The position numbers were made by a program, and so were the translations under genes. The notes below the pieces were generated by a model, which did not search any database, had not been told where the DNA came from, and worked only from the letters and a program-made list of their open reading frames with translations. Shown in pieces: positions 43,792 to 54,238 of a stretch of 64,000 bases of DNA (within the stretch, counting starts at the first letter, position 1; each line of letters starts with the position of its first letter). Origin of the DNA: Acidobacteriota bacterium (GTDB lineage Bacteria > Acidobacteriota > Vicinamibacteria > Vicinamibacterales > CAVVIG01); NCBI GenBank assembly GCA_046728115.1, contig JBKPDW010000172.1, forward strand, positions 454 through 64,453. The letters are read 5' to 3'.

Positions 43792-46089
43792 TCAGGTGAC
43801 GTACACGAGCCGCGCCTCGAGCCCGAACCGCAGATACTCGGCGAGCGCGTCGCGCAAGTTGGCTTCGCGTTGCGGCTGCTTGAGGAACTCGAACGCCCCC
43901 ATCTCCGCACCGCTTTCCGCGCCGGTGCGGATCCGCTCGGCGCAGCGGAGTTCCAACTGACCGAAGCCGGGATCGCCGTACCGGCGCGACACGAACAGCG
44001 GGCGGATGAGCGCGTCGGCCTCCGCCCGGGTCGCGGCCTCCTGCGCCGGGGCCGGCACGCCAGGCGCCATCGCCCGGCGCAGCGTGTCGATGCGCGTGGC
44101 GATTTCCAGATCGGGCTGGCAGCGGTAGCGGCGCGGGACCTTCGAAAGCGGCGAGACGTAGCTGAAGCGCACGCATCCCGTCTGCCGGCGCAGGGCCTCG
44201 ACGAACCCCACGAAGATGCAGTCGGACGCCGACAGCGTCTGGCCGGCGACCGCGCCGAAGAAGCTGGTGCGCCAGAAGCTGAGCGCGGTTTCGCGGGCGT
44301 CCACGCTGAAATCGGGGGAACCCGAGTCGTCGCCGACCAGGCTGTCGCGGATCTCGAGCGCACGGATGGCGCCAGGCACGGTGATGGCGGCGCAGATCGA
44401 GTGGTCGACCGTCACGCGGAGCCGCTCGTTCCCACCGTTTAGCACCTGCAGCGCGCCGCGGCCCGGCACGACGGTGCAGTGCGCCAGGGCGAGCTGCCCG
44501 AGATTGCCAGGCGCCACCTCGAGCTGCCCTTCGATCAGCAACCCGTTGAGAAAGCACGCCCCTGCATCGTCGGAGCCTGCGGCCGCATGGCCCCGCACTG
44601 ACAGACCGCCGACCACGTGCGCGCGCACCTGCTGGGCATCGAAGTGTCCCGGCACGCGCCGCACGCTGCCCGGCGGCGCACCGGGAATCGGCTCGAGCGG
44701 CCATTCGCCGGCGACGATCAGGAGCTGCGAGCGCTCGCCGATCTCGATGTCGATCGGTCCGACGGCGCCGCCCGCGGCCGCATAGTCGGAGAGGCTGTCC
44801 ATCACCACGATGACCCCGGTGCGCCCGGTCGGCTGCAGATTCCAGGCGGCAACGGCGTCGCGCAGCGAGCCGAACAGCGTGCCGGTTCCGTCGTCGGTGA
44901 GCAGGTGCGACACCCCGACCTGCCAGACATCAGGACTGAAAAAACCGCCGCCGTCGGCAGCCGGCGTCACGTCGATCGCAAACGACGCGCTCGCGGCCCG
45001 CACGGCCGCGGTGCGGTCGTAGGGACCGCCGCCGAGATCGCCCGAAAAGCCGTAGCTGCTCTGCACCCAGACGTCCTCGACGTCCAGCGCGGCGGGAAAC
45101 GCGAGCCGGCCTCGCGCCGGATCGAGCGCGAGCGCACGCGGAACCGGCGACGCGAGCTCCACGGCGTCGGGAATCTCGCACAGGTAGATATCCTCGCGGC
45201 GCACTTCGACCGGCAGGCTCTCGCCGGTCAGCCGCGCGAACACGCGGAGCACCGGATCATCTGGCGTCATGAACACCGGAGGCGGCGCCGCGACGCCCTG
45301 CCGCAGCCGTTCGAGCTCGGCATTCAATGCCAGCCGCCGCAGCTCGTCGGGAACGTTTTCCTCCTCGGCCAGATGCGTGATGGTCGTCTCGGTACGCGGC
45401 ACGTTGAAGAGCGGCGAGTCGCAGCCGACCGGATGGATGCTCCAGAAGGCTCCCTGGTTTCGCGCGCTGGCGAAGTCCGGCGACTCGTCGCCGGGGCTTC
45501 CGGCGCCGACCGCGTAGCTGTGCAGGCGCCAGAGATAGATGCCGACGTTCGGAATGTTGAACCGCCCGCCACGGGTCGCCGCGTTGCGCACCTCGAGGGT
45601 GTGCGCAAAGGCATCGAACGCTCCGTCGGCGAGCTCGGCAACCGCCGCATTGCGGATCCCGGGCGTGGCCGGCGGCGCGAGGCGGACGTGGTTCATGTGC
45701 TGCGTCGTGGCGAGCCGCATGAAGAACTCGACCGCCCGCGCCGGCCAGCCCGTGACGTCGCGCGCGAGCTGCTCGAGGACGACTGCCGTTCCCTTCCGGC
45801 GCCGGTACGCGATCGTGTTCGCCACGTACGCGCGCGCGCTGACCCCGGCGGATTTGATGGCACGGATCGGCCGAACGCCAAGCAGGTCGCCGATGTACGG
45901 CACGACCCACTCGTCGCAGGTCTCGATGAACCAGTTGTCGTAGAGCACCGACGTGTCGGCTTCGACGCGCTCTAGCTCTCCCTCGACCACTGACAGCAGC
46001 GCGCGCAGCGGCTCGCCCTGTTCGAGATCGCGGTTGCGGACGAAGGCGGGAAGCAGCCGGTAGAGCCGCTCGGGCATCAACAGGCTCAT
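43792..46089 (-). CDS. Baseplate protein, P2 gpI / Afp12-like (phage tail-like protein)
   Basis: LLPAFVRNRDLEQGEPLRALLSVVEGELERVEADTSVLYDNWFIETCDEWVVPYIGDLLGV is the characteristic N-domain. 765 aa. Confidence 0.8.
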   Translation of the reverse strand: MSLLMPERLYRLLPAFVRNRDLEQGEPLRALLSVVEGELERVEADTSVLYDNWFIETCDEWVVPYIGDLLGVRPIRAIKSAGVSARAYVANTIAYRRRKGTAVVLEQLARDVTGWPARAVEFFMRLATTQHMNHVRLAPPATPGIRNAAVAELADGAFDAFAHTLEVRNAATRGGRFNIPNVGIYLWRLHSYAVGAGSPGDESPDFASARNQGAFWSIHPVGCDSPLFNVPRTETTITHLAEEENVPDELRRLALNAELERLRQGVAAPPPVFMTPDDPVLRVFARLTGESLPVEVRREDIYLCEIPDAVELASPVPRALALDPARGRLAFPAALDVEDVWVQSSYGFSGDLGGGPYDRTAAVRAASASFAIDVTPAADGGGFFSPDVWQVGVSHLLTDDGTGTLFGSLRDAVAAWNLQPTGRTGVIVVMDSLSDYAAAGGAVGPIDIEIGERSQLLIVAGEWPLEPIPGAPPGSVRRVPGHFDAQQVRAHVVGGLSVRGHAAAGSDDAGACFLNGLLIEGQLEVAPGNLGQLALAHCTVVPGRGALQVLNGGNERLRVTVDHSICAAITVPGAIRALEIRDSLVGDDSGSPDFSVDARETALSFWRTSFFGAVAGQTLSASDCIFVGFVEALRRQTGCVRFSYVSPLSKVPRRYRCQPDLEIATRIDTLRRAMAPGVPAPAQEAATRAEADALIRPLFVSRRYGDPGFGQLELRCAERIRTGAESGAEMGAFEFLKQPQREANLRDALAEYLRFGLEARLVYVT

Positions 46090-49049
46090 GGCTTCATCTC
46101 CGTCAGCGTCACGGCCGCCGGGTTGATCAGGAGCAGCTCCGCCGGCAGAACTTTCGCGGTCGTGGCGTTGTAGCGGGCGCCGAAGGCGGGCACGGCGTCG
46201 AGCGCGGGGTCCGCCGGCGCCGGCTCGTCGGTGTACGGCAACAGTTCCACGATGTCGATCGACACCACGCCGGCGACTGTGTGAGCGAGCGCCATGATTT
46301 CGGCCGCGGTCACCGACTGACCGAGATCGCGCGCCTCGAATCCGAACGCCGTCAGCAGCGCGGCCGTGACCGCCGCCTGCACGTCGGCGAAGCGGTACCG
46401 CGGATCGATGGCGATCTCCGCGCTGAGGCTGAAGAAGCGCTGCGCGTACGCATCGGCGGCGAAGCGCTGCGAGGGATCGCTTGCGCCTGCGATCGAGTCG
46501 TGCAGGTTATCGAGCACATCGGCACCCGGCTGCCCGCCCGTGGCACCAGCGACGGTCAGATAAACCCGCGACTCGCCGTCGATCCACAGCACGTCTGCAC
46601 GCGCCTTGCCGATTCCCGGGTAGGCGCGCGCGTAGTTCTCGTAATCGAGCAGCGAGACGACGCGCTCGAATGTCAGCAGCCTGAGCGGCGCATTGCGTCG
46701 GGCGTCGGCGAGCTTCTCGGGGCCTTCGGCGCCGCTCGCGTCCACCGGATTGGTGACGCCCCGGAGTCCGAGCGGCATGACGCGCAACATCGACAGGCTC
46801 CCGGCGCCGACCTCGCCGTCAGGACCGATGCCGCTGCGATACCGGGCGGCGACGTTGACCTGCCCGGTCGAAAGCCGCGCCCCGCGCACACCGTCGCCGA
46901 ACGTCACCCGCATCTTCGCGTCGTCATCGATGCGCGTGATGTACACCGGGTCGTCCGGATCCGTGCCGTACAGCGAGGACACCTCGTCCCAGCGCACGCC
47001 GTTCACGCGCACTTTGAGCGTGCTGACGACGCCGCTCGCCGTCGGCGCGGAAAGGAACGTTGTCGGCGGTTTCTTGAGAATGAAGGTCTGATTCGAAGCC
47101 GAGGCGTCGCCGTTGCCGAGCACCTCGTTCACGGTCTCGCCATGCGTGGCGTGCACGACGTTGGCGCTGATGCTGAGGCTGGTGCGGACGTAGGAGTAGA
47201 CGAGCCCCTTCTGCAGCACCAGCGTGCTACGGCCTGACGCATGGATGATGTCGGCGACGAACGCGATTTCGGCAGCGTCGACGCCGGGGAGATCGCTCCG
47301 CTTGCCCGTGAGCGCGATGGGCTGGCCGGCCGACAACCCGAGCACCATGCAATCGAGCTCGATCGTCGTATCGCCCGCGTTGATGGCCGCGTCTATAGGC
47401 AGGTCGGCGAACGCGAGTTGCTTGCTCGCCACGTATGCCGTCGTGCTCCGGAAGGGAAAGTTCGTCGTCGGCTTGCTGGACAGCGCTGTTCCGTCATCGT
47501 TCGCCAGCGTGAGCGCCATTGCACGGCCCGAGATGCCATAGTCGGCGCGCGAGGCCTCGCGTGAATCGAACACGCCGTGCACTTCGGCGGTCGCTTCAGG
47601 CGCATCGAACACCGCCCAGCTCCCGCGGCTGACGCCGGCCACCGCGCGTTCAAGGTACGCGCTCGCCGAAAACGAATTATTGCCCTGCGAGTCCGTCCAG
47701 ATGGTGCGTGATGCGGTGAGCGTGCCGCCGCTCCCGTTCTTATCACCCGCGTCCCATCCCGCCTTGTAGGGCGTGTCGTTCGTGTTGGTGCCGTTCGGCA
47801 GGACTGCCCACTTGGGTCCGTTGTTGCCGAAGAATCCGAGATGAGCGCCGAACGCGAACGCGCCGGCTTCCGGCGCGATCGGCGGCCCGCTCGGCGCCGT
47901 ATTGACGGCAGTGACGAGGTTGGCACCGCTCCAGCCCTGGATGCCGATCATCGCCTTGAGATCGCGCTCCCGCCAGGCTTGATTGGTCACAGAGGCCGTA
48001 AGCGCGGTGGCGGTGAATTCCACCGTCGCGATCTTCGGCTTGGCGAACGAGAGAAACGGCTTGAGCACATACGGCGCCGTGAACTCGACGATCGGAGGCG
48101 GCAGCGGCTTCACCGGATCGGGCAAGGGCTCGACGTCGACCCGAACGCGTTTCAACGCGGTTTCCGCCGCGACAGCCGCGACGCGCAGCACGAGCTTGAC
48201 GAGATCGCTGCCGCGCTTGCCGACAAACAGCAGCAGATCGCCCACGGAGATGCCTGTGGTGGCGTCGGTCACATAGACGCGCCCCACTTCAATCGCGTCG
48301 ACGCTCTGATCCACCGCGAGCGCGGGATCGAGATGGAACAGATCCTTGTTGATCAGCCCCTTGTGCAGGTGCAGCGTGTCGGCGGGGAAACTGCCGGCGG
48401 GCCCGACGAGCGCCAGCGCCTTGCGCGTGGCCCCGGCATCGTCGGTCACGTCGATGATCGCCCTATCGGCCGGACGCGTCTGGCGGGGCACGAGCGCGTT
48501 CCACTCGGCGTGGGCGACGAGGTCGCCGCTCGTCTCGAACACCTGCGGCAGCTTTCCCTGCGCCGGAATGCTCTGCACCGGCGTGCCCGCGGCAAGCGTG
48601 CAGACGCGGGGCGAACCGGGCGCGTCCTCGACCGTGAAGCTCAGATAGACGCTGGCCGCCACCCCGGGTTTCAGCTCGTACCCGATCGCACGCGCCAGCT
48701 CCAGCACGGAGCGCCGCTCGGTGGCCGTGCGCAGGAATCCTTCGTTGGCAATGCGCTCCTGGTAGAACGTGAGCACGTCGGCGACGCAGGCGCAGGCGTC
48801 GACGAACGCGACGGTCGGATCGTCGCTGGTCCGCGCAAGCAGCCGGCGCAGCGGCCGCGGCGAATCGGGCTGGCTCGCGTCGGCTCGGGCGAGCGGCAGG
48901 CTCTGAAGCATACGCGCGTAGAAACCCGGCTGCGTGTCGACGCGGTAGCTCAGCGCCGGCAAGGCCGGCGCGTTGCTCACCGGCTCGGGCTCGGCCAGCT
49001 CTTCGCAGCAGCCGCACGCGTTGATCGGCGCCTCGGGATCCATGCTCAC
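46086..49049 (-). CDS. Baseplate J / gp6-like assembly protein (Afp11-like), copy 2
   Basis: CGCCEE...SYRVDTQPGFYARMLQSL...DPTVAFVDACACVADVLTFYQERIANEGFLRTATERRSVLELARAIGYELKPG. 4-nt overlaps on both sides. Confidence 0.85.
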   Translation of the reverse strand: MSMDPEAPINACGCCEELAEPEPVSNAPALPALSYRVDTQPGFYARMLQSLPLARADASQPDSPRPLRRLLARTSDDPTVAFVDACACVADVLTFYQERIANEGFLRTATERRSVLELARAIGYELKPGVAASVYLSFTVEDAPGSPRVCTLAAGTPVQSIPAQGKLPQVFETSGDLVAHAEWNALVPRQTRPADRAIIDVTDDAGATRKALALVGPAGSFPADTLHLHKGLINKDLFHLDPALAVDQSVDAIEVGRVYVTDATTGISVGDLLLFVGKRGSDLVKLVLRVAAVAAETALKRVRVDVEPLPDPVKPLPPPIVEFTAPYVLKPFLSFAKPKIATVEFTATALTASVTNQAWRERDLKAMIGIQGWSGANLVTAVNTAPSGPPIAPEAGAFAFGAHLGFFGNNGPKWAVLPNGTNTNDTPYKAGWDAGDKNGSGGTLTASRTIWTDSQGNNSFSASAYLERAVAGVSRGSWAVFDAPEATAEVHGVFDSREASRADYGISGRAMALTLANDDGTALSSKPTTNFPFRSTTAYVASKQLAFADLPIDAAINAGDTTIELDCMVLGLSAGQPIALTGKRSDLPGVDAAEIAFVADIIHASGRSTLVLQKGLVYSYVRTSLSISANVVHATHGETVNEVLGNGDASASNQTFILKKPPTTFLSAPTASGVVSTLKVRVNGVRWDEVSSLYGTDPDDPVYITRIDDDAKMRVTFGDGVRGARLSTGQVNVAARYRSGIGPDGEVGAGSLSMLRVMPLGLRGVTNPVDASGAEGPEKLADARRNAPLRLLTFERVVSLLDYENYARAYPGIGKARADVLWIDGESRVYLTVAGATGGQPGADVLDNLHDSIAGASDPSQRFAADAYAQRFFSLSAEIAIDPRYRFADVQAAVTAALLTAFGFEARDLGQSVTAAEIMALAHTVAGVVSIDIVELLPYTDEPAPADPALDAVPAFGARYNATTAKVLPAELLLINPAAVTLTEMKP

Positions 49050-51532
49050 CCTCTCGTGTCCACGTCCACCCGCAGGCGCCCGTTCTCCGGGGCGTTGGGA
49101 TCGTTGTCGAGCCGCGCGATCTCCAGGCGCGCAATCGGAATGCGGCCGCTCGCGATTTCACCGGCGGCGGGTCGGCCCAGACGCTGGAAGCGCAGCGGCG
49201 TCACATACTCGACGCCTGGCACGGCCATCGCTGCCGCGATCACCGCACTCAGATAGACGGGTTGTCCGAACGTGAAGCGATCCGGATGGAAGAAGCCTGT
49301 CGTGCCGCCGGGCAGCCGGCCGGCGCTGAACACGTCGAGCAGCCGCTCTTCGACATCGGCCGGAAAGTATCCAGGCCTGGCACAGACGTGCAGCTCGATG
49401 TCGAGCGGTACGGGGATCGGGGCATCGATCTCGATGTCGTGGCCGGCCATTCGATAGCGTTCGATGAACGCGCGAAGCGCGTCTTCGAACTCGGGATCGA
49501 TGCCCTGCGTGCCGCGCCGGTCGACGGTGATGAACACCGTGTACCAGCTTCCCGTCCAGCGTCGCGTCGCCACGGCGCGCTGCACGCGCGGCTCGAGCTC
49601 CATCATCGTGCCGTAATCGTCGGTGGTGACCGCGCGCTCCTGCCGGCGAAACGCCTGCGGCGCGTAGAGGCGCGCCTGCGAGAGCGGCTGCGGATCGATC
49701 CCGCCCTGCGCCACGATCGGATTGCGCACGCCTGTGATGCCGGTCGCGACGACGTGGCCGATTGCTTCGGCGCCGATGTTGCCGGCAGTGCCGTTGCCGA
49801 GGCGCAGCCGTGCGGTGAGCCCCTCACCGTCCAACGGCGCGCGGCCGTTCACGCCGTCGCCGAAACGCAGCACGGCCCGCCCGTCGTTCCCGGTCTCGAC
49901 GACGAATTCGGCGGCTTCGGCGTCGCTGGCGAGCAGATCGCGCCGCGCCACCCAGCGGCGGCGATCGCCTTCGCTGCGCACGTCGATGGCCGCGCGGACC
50001 TCGGCGAGGTCGCGCACCATCGCCGACGCGGCGCCTGCCGTCAGGTCGACCAGCGTGGTCGCATCGCTGCCGGCGACCCTCACCCGCGCCTGCTGCGTGA
50101 GCGGCGCGACATCGGTCCGATCGAGCGGATACCGCGGCACGCGGCCGCCGGGGACCGGATGCAACTGGTCGGCGCGCGGCCCGGTGCCGCCGTGGTCGGC
50201 CAATGCGACGTTCGCGCAGGCGCCGGCCATGTCGGACACGAGCTCGCCGCCGATCCGCTTGGACAGGCACAGCGCGAACGGCAGCGCATCGCCGTCGTGC
50301 CATTCCACCTCGACGAAGTCCTGACCGGTCACGGGATCCTGGCGCACGGCGGGCACGCCGCGAATGCCGCCCACGAGCGGCGCTTCCGGGTCGACGCGCG
50401 TCAACCGGACGGCCGCGCGCTGCTGCGCATCGGCATCCGCTGGTTCGCCCGTGGTGGTGCTCTTCTTCGCCTCGAGCACCAGCACGTCGCCGGCGCGCAG
50501 GCGCATCCGGTTCGCGGCGTCGTCGCAGAGGAACGCTCGCGTCGCCCCCCGCGGCAGGCAGCACTCGTCGTCGCTCCATGTGAAGAACCGGATGGCATTG
50601 TGCGCGGTGTAGAGCGTGATCGGCGCAAGCAGTTCGAACGGCTGCGCGCCGGCCGCGAGGGCTGTCGTGGCGCCCGCCATGTCGATCGCGGGCGGCAGTC
50701 CCGGAACGCGCGTCACCACCTGCGTTCCTCCAAGGCCGGTGACCGGATCGCAACCGGGCAACGTCACGCCGTCGGCCGCCCCATCCGCCTCGAACGCGAT
50801 CCAGACGCGCGCGTTGGCGCCGTCGTGGAACGCGTAGTCGAGCAGCCGCGTATGGCGCCGTACGGAAATGCGCTGGCGCGCGGTGCCGAGGTACGCCTCG
50901 GTCGCGACCGCATCCTGGTAGTACGACAGCTCGTCGCCGCGGAATGCGACCGCTTCGGCGAGCGCCACCCAGAGATCCGCCGGGTTGCGCTCGCGCCAGT
51001 CCGGCATCAGCACGGCCAGACGGTCGAGGATCAAGCGGCGGAGACTCGTGTAGTCGCGCGCCAGATAGTCGATGACCGGACCCGTCGCACGCTCGGGCAC
51101 GCACTTGTCGGCGGGCTGGCAATCGAAGTCGCTCGGGCAGTCGACCTTGAAGCGGAACTCGATCTGTGCGAGCGCGGGATCGATGCCCTCCGGCGGCGCA
51201 GCCACACCGGCATTGGCCACCAGCCGCAGCGTGTAGATCGAGAAGTCGCCCGCGCTGGCGACGTCGACGGAGAGCACCTGGCCGCTGGAGCTGACGCCGG
51301 TGACCTGCGGATCGCGGATGCGGAAGCCGCCCCGTATCTCAACATTCGAGGGTTTCAGCGGCGTCGTCGGAACGAGCGTCAGCGGATGCACGAAGTGGAC
51401 GTCCAGCCTGCCCTGCCCCGGCGCCACCTCGAGATATGTGATGCCGTTCAAAAGCCGCGGCGGCGTTTCCGTGGCCGCATCGAGCAGCGCCTGCGCGCGG
51501 CCAGGAGACTTGCAGACGTACGGGCCGGTCAT
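49046..51532 (-). CDS. Baseplate J / gp6-like assembly protein (Afp11-like), copy 1
   Basis: IDYLARDYTSLRRLILDRLAVLMPDWRERNPADLWVALAEAVAFRGDELSYYQDAVATEAYLGTARQRISVRRHTRLLDY. Confidence 0.85.
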   Translation of the reverse strand: MTGPYVCKSPGRAQALLDAATETPPRLLNGITYLEVAPGQGRLDVHFVHPLTLVPTTPLKPSNVEIRGGFRIRDPQVTGVSSSGQVLSVDVASAGDFSIYTLRLVANAGVAAPPEGIDPALAQIEFRFKVDCPSDFDCQPADKCVPERATGPVIDYLARDYTSLRRLILDRLAVLMPDWRERNPADLWVALAEAVAFRGDELSYYQDAVATEAYLGTARQRISVRRHTRLLDYAFHDGANARVWIAFEADGAADGVTLPGCDPVTGLGGTQVVTRVPGLPPAIDMAGATTALAAGAQPFELLAPITLYTAHNAIRFFTWSDDECCLPRGATRAFLCDDAANRMRLRAGDVLVLEAKKSTTTGEPADADAQQRAAVRLTRVDPEAPLVGGIRGVPAVRQDPVTGQDFVEVEWHDGDALPFALCLSKRIGGELVSDMAGACANVALADHGGTGPRADQLHPVPGGRVPRYPLDRTDVAPLTQQARVRVAGSDATTLVDLTAGAASAMVRDLAEVRAAIDVRSEGDRRRWVARRDLLASDAEAAEFVVETGNDGRAVLRFGDGVNGRAPLDGEGLTARLRLGNGTAGNIGAEAIGHVVATGITGVRNPIVAQGGIDPQPLSQARLYAPQAFRRQERAVTTDDYGTMMELEPRVQRAVATRRWTGSWYTVFITVDRRGTQGIDPEFEDALRAFIERYRMAGHDIEIDAPIPVPLDIELHVCARPGYFPADVEERLLDVFSAGRLPGGTTGFFHPDRFTFGQPVYLSAVIAAAMAVPGVEYVTPLRFQRLGRPAAGEIASGRIPIARLEIARLDNDPNAPENGRLRVDVDTRG

Positions 51533-51894
51533 GAGGTCACCGCCCGCGTGAAGTTCGCGACGCGGCGCGCCTGCGTCGCGAGCACCGTGTAGCGCACCTC
51601 GACGGTCAAGGTCGCATCGACGCTCTCGGCGACGACTTCCTCAATCTGAATCAGCGTGCCGAGCCACTGCTGCAGCGAGCCTTGAACGAGCGCCTGCAGC
51701 GTCGCCGCGAGCTCGACGCTGTTTGGCGCGAACACGAACTGCAGCAGCCCGCAGCCGAAGTCGGGCCGGTTGACACGCTCGCCCGGGACCGTGAAGAGCA
51801 CCGTCTCGATCAGATCGCGGATGTGGGCGTCGTCGCTCTCGGCCTCCGCCGTGCGCGATCGCCCGTCCACGCGATACGGAAGCGATACGTTCAT
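51529..51894 (-). CDS. GPW/gp25-family baseplate wedge protein (Afp9-like)
   Basis: IRDLIETVLFTVPGERVNRPDFGCGLLQFVF. 121 aa. Confidence 0.9.
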   Translation of the reverse strand: MNVSLPYRVDGRSRTAEAESDDAHIRDLIETVLFTVPGERVNRPDFGCGLLQFVFAPNSVELAATLQALVQGSLQQWLGTLIQIEEVVAESVDATLTVEVRYTVLATQARRVANFTRAVTS

Positions 51895-51897
51895 CGA

Positions 51898-52236
51898 TCA
51901 CGCCCCGATCACGCGCATCTGGCTGACGACGGGGAGGAGCGGTGTGCCGGTCGGCGTGCAAAGCGCCTGGCTGTCGAGCAGCACCGCCGGCTGGCCCGCA
52001 ATGAGCACGCGCGTGGCGGCGACCACCCACTGCGCCATCACGCACGGTCCGTTGCCGCCGGGCGGCACGAACGCGCAGCCGGCGACGAGGTACGGCGCGG
52101 CCATGGTTGCGACCGGCTGGCCCGAGACGAGCACGCGCGGGTTCGGCGCGCTGGGCATCGCCTGTCCGCCGTGGCTGCAAAGAACGGTGGCGCCGAGATG
52201 AAGCAGCGGTCCTGGCACGTCGCCCTCGCTAGACAA
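51898..52236 (-). CDS. PAAR-like spike-tip protein (Afp10-like)
   Basis: 112 aa. LGATVLCSHGGQA...VLVSGQPVAT...GCAFVPPGGNGPCV...VLIAGQPVLL...ALC. It sits directly after the spike gene. Confidence 0.6.
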   Translation of the reverse strand: MSSEGDVPGPLLHLGATVLCSHGGQAMPSAPNPRVLVSGQPVATMAAPYLVAGCAFVPPGGNGPCVMAQWVVAATRVLIAGQPAVLLDSQALCTPTGTPLLPVVSQMRVIGA

Positions 52237-52738
52237 TGGTCAAGGCGCCGGCGTTCACCGTCACCGTCGGCCCGGTCATGATGATCGACGCGCCCTTGCC
52301 GTTCTGGATGTAGATGCCGGTGTCGTTCACGATCAGCGTCGCGCCGGTCGCGCTCTTCAGCATGATTCCGCCGGTCGGCCCCGGCAGGTCGCTCACGGTC
52401 AGGCCGTTCTGCAACGGCGTCTGCAGCGTGATCGCCGACAGGCCCGGCGGCGTCGCGCGCGCGAGGACCGGCACTTCCGCGGCGCTTCCCCAGAAGCAGC
52501 CGACCCAGATCGGGTAGTCCGGGTTGCCCTGCTCGAACTCGATCCACACGCCCGAGCCGATCATCGGCAGCGCGACCATGCCGTTCTGAATGCCGGCGAC
52601 CGGCACGCACGGCATCGCCCACGTCACGGGAATCAGCCCGGCGACGTCGGGCACCTGCACCAGGAGCCGGTTCATCTGCATCGGGTCGATGTTGTTCAGG
52701 ACCATCCCTCGGTATTTGCCGTAGAACTTCTGAGTCAT
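52229..52738 (-). CDS. gp5/VgrG-like spike protein (baseplate assembly protein V-like, Afp8-like)
   Basis: YRGMVLNNIDPMQMNRLLVQVPDV...WAMPCVPVAG...GSGVWIEFEQGNPDYPIWVGCFW is the OB-fold, followed by a beta-helical tail. Confidence 0.85.
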   Translation of the reverse strand: MTQKFYGKYRGMVLNNIDPMQMNRLLVQVPDVAGLIPVTWAMPCVPVAGIQNGMVALPMIGSGVWIEFEQGNPDYPIWVGCFWGSAAEVPVLARATPPGLSAITLQTPLQNGLTVSDLPGPTGGIMLKSATGATLIVNDTGIYIQNGKGASIIMTGPTVTVNAGALTIV

Positions 52739-53886
52739 ACGGTTACCCTCGGCGTGATCGAGATCAGCGCGTTACGGGTCAGCGTGAAGTTCTGTTTGAA
52801 CTCCCCGCGCTTGAGCGAGCTCTTCACGCTCTGCACGTAGTACAGGCCGTCGTACGCGACACCGGCGCCGCGCACGCCGACGAGCCCGCGCGCCTTCAGC
52901 ACCCGTCCGTAGCGCAGGACGTCGAGGCTGCCGGTCGCGCTCACCGAGTCCTGCGACTTCTTCGCTTCCGCCAGACCGCGCGAGATGGCCTGCATCGGAT
53001 TGAGTTTGGCGGTCTCCTTCATGATCTTGAGATTGGCGATCGGCGTCGGCAGGACGCCGAGCGGCGGCTGCAGCGGGTTGATGTTCGGGATCGGAATCGG
53101 AATGGGCACGCGGGTCAGCTGGTTCTGGATGAACACGATCGGCAGCACGCCCTTGGTCGGATCGAAGCTGAAGTTCAGCGACTCGATGTTGGTGAGCGCG
53201 TCCATGTCCACGTTGAGCGCCGGCTGCGGGATGCCGATTTTGATTTCGGGACCGAAGTAGGCGATGTTCGTGCCCGCCACCGGTCCCGGCTCGATGTAGA
53301 ACACGTACCCCACGTCCTCAGCGAGCTCGCGGATGTACTGAAGGTCGGTGCCCTTCTGCGCCGGGATCTTGTCGATCGGGATCTGCACGTCCGGGAACAG
53401 GATCGGAATCGGCAGCGGGATGATCCCGAACGGCGCGTACTTGGCGCAGAGCAGCGCCACGCGCGCTTCCACAGGAACCGCAGGGAACGGGAACCCGCTG
53501 AAGTCCTGCATGTCCATGACCTTGGTCAGGTCCTCGCCGGTCACCGTCACGGTGCCGGGCGAACCCTGGCTTCCGGCCTGCACTTCCACGTTGGTCATCA
53601 CGCCGTCGAAGAGCGGCTGCGGCGTGCCGTTCAACGTGACGATCAGCAGCACGCGCAGGGGCGGCGTCGCCATCGACGTGCTGTTGCCGGCGGCGATCAG
53701 GAAGATGGTGTTGAGCTCGGACTTGCTGGAAAACTGGAATCTGAGCTGGAAAGCGCTCGGACCGGAGTCGGACGTCTGCACCTCCACGCTGTCGAGGGCA
53801 TCGATCACCACGCGCGGCGGCGTCAACGGGATGATCGGGCCGATGAGCAGCGTGAGCTGGATGCCCTTGGCAAGACTACTGGCCAT
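52735..53886 (-). CDS. Baseplate hub-like protein (late control gpD / Afp7-like)
   Basis: 383 aa. Its position between the LysM/gpX-like gene and the spike is that of gpD in P2-type tails. The N-terminus LLIGPIIPLTPPRVVIDALDSVEVQTSD is consistent. The family call rests on synteny plus weak motifs. Confidence 0.55.
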   Translation of the reverse strand: MASSLAKGIQLTLLIGPIIPLTPPRVVIDALDSVEVQTSDSGPSAFQLRFQFSSKSELNTIFLIAAGNSTSMATPPLRVLLIVTLNGTPQPLFDGVMTNVEVQAGSQGSPGTVTVTGEDLTKVMDMQDFSGFPFPAVPVEARVALLCAKYAPFGIIPLPIPILFPDVQIPIDKIPAQKGTDLQYIRELAEDVGYVFYIEPGPVAGTNIAYFGPEIKIGIPQPALNVDMDALTNIESLNFSFDPTKGVLPIVFIQNQLTRVPIPIPIPNINPLQPPLGVLPTPIANLKIMKETAKLNPMQAISRGLAEAKKSQDSVSATGSLDVLRYGRVLKARGLVGVRGAGVAYDGLYYVQSVKSSLKRGEFKQNFTLTRNALISITPRVTV

Positions 53887-54238
53887 CGCCGACTCCCGGA
53901 ACGCCTTCAGGCAGCGTGATCGCCAGCGTGGAGCCGACCTCCGCCACCAGCGCTTCCGGCTGCATCGCGCCGTTCGAATCGCACAAGCGCCACGACTGCT
54001 GCGGATCGCCGAGGTAGCGGGCGGCCAGGTTGTCGAGGCGGTCGCCGGCGGCGATGACCACGATCTGCAGCGCCGCGAAGTTCTCCGGCGCGGGCAGAAA
54101 GCGCCGTTGGACGTAGACCACCGTACGGCCGTCCGCCTGGATCAACTGCGACGTCGGGATGCCGTAGTAGCGGCTCGTGGCGGCAAACGCCGGCGGGGTG
54201 AGCGCGTTGTTCTGGAGGAACGCTTGCACGGGATCCAT
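53876..54238 (-). CDS. LysM-like tail protein X (gpX-like)
   Basis: IAAGDRLDNLAARYLGDPQQSWRLCDSNG...GSTLAITLP is a LysM-type motif. 120 aa. Confidence 0.5.
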   Translation of the reverse strand: MDPVQAFLQNNALTPPAFAATSRYYGIPTSQLIQADGRTVVYVQRRFLPAPENFAALQIVVIAAGDRLDNLAARYLGDPQQSWRLCDSNGAMQPEALVAEVGSTLAITLPEGVPGVGDGQ

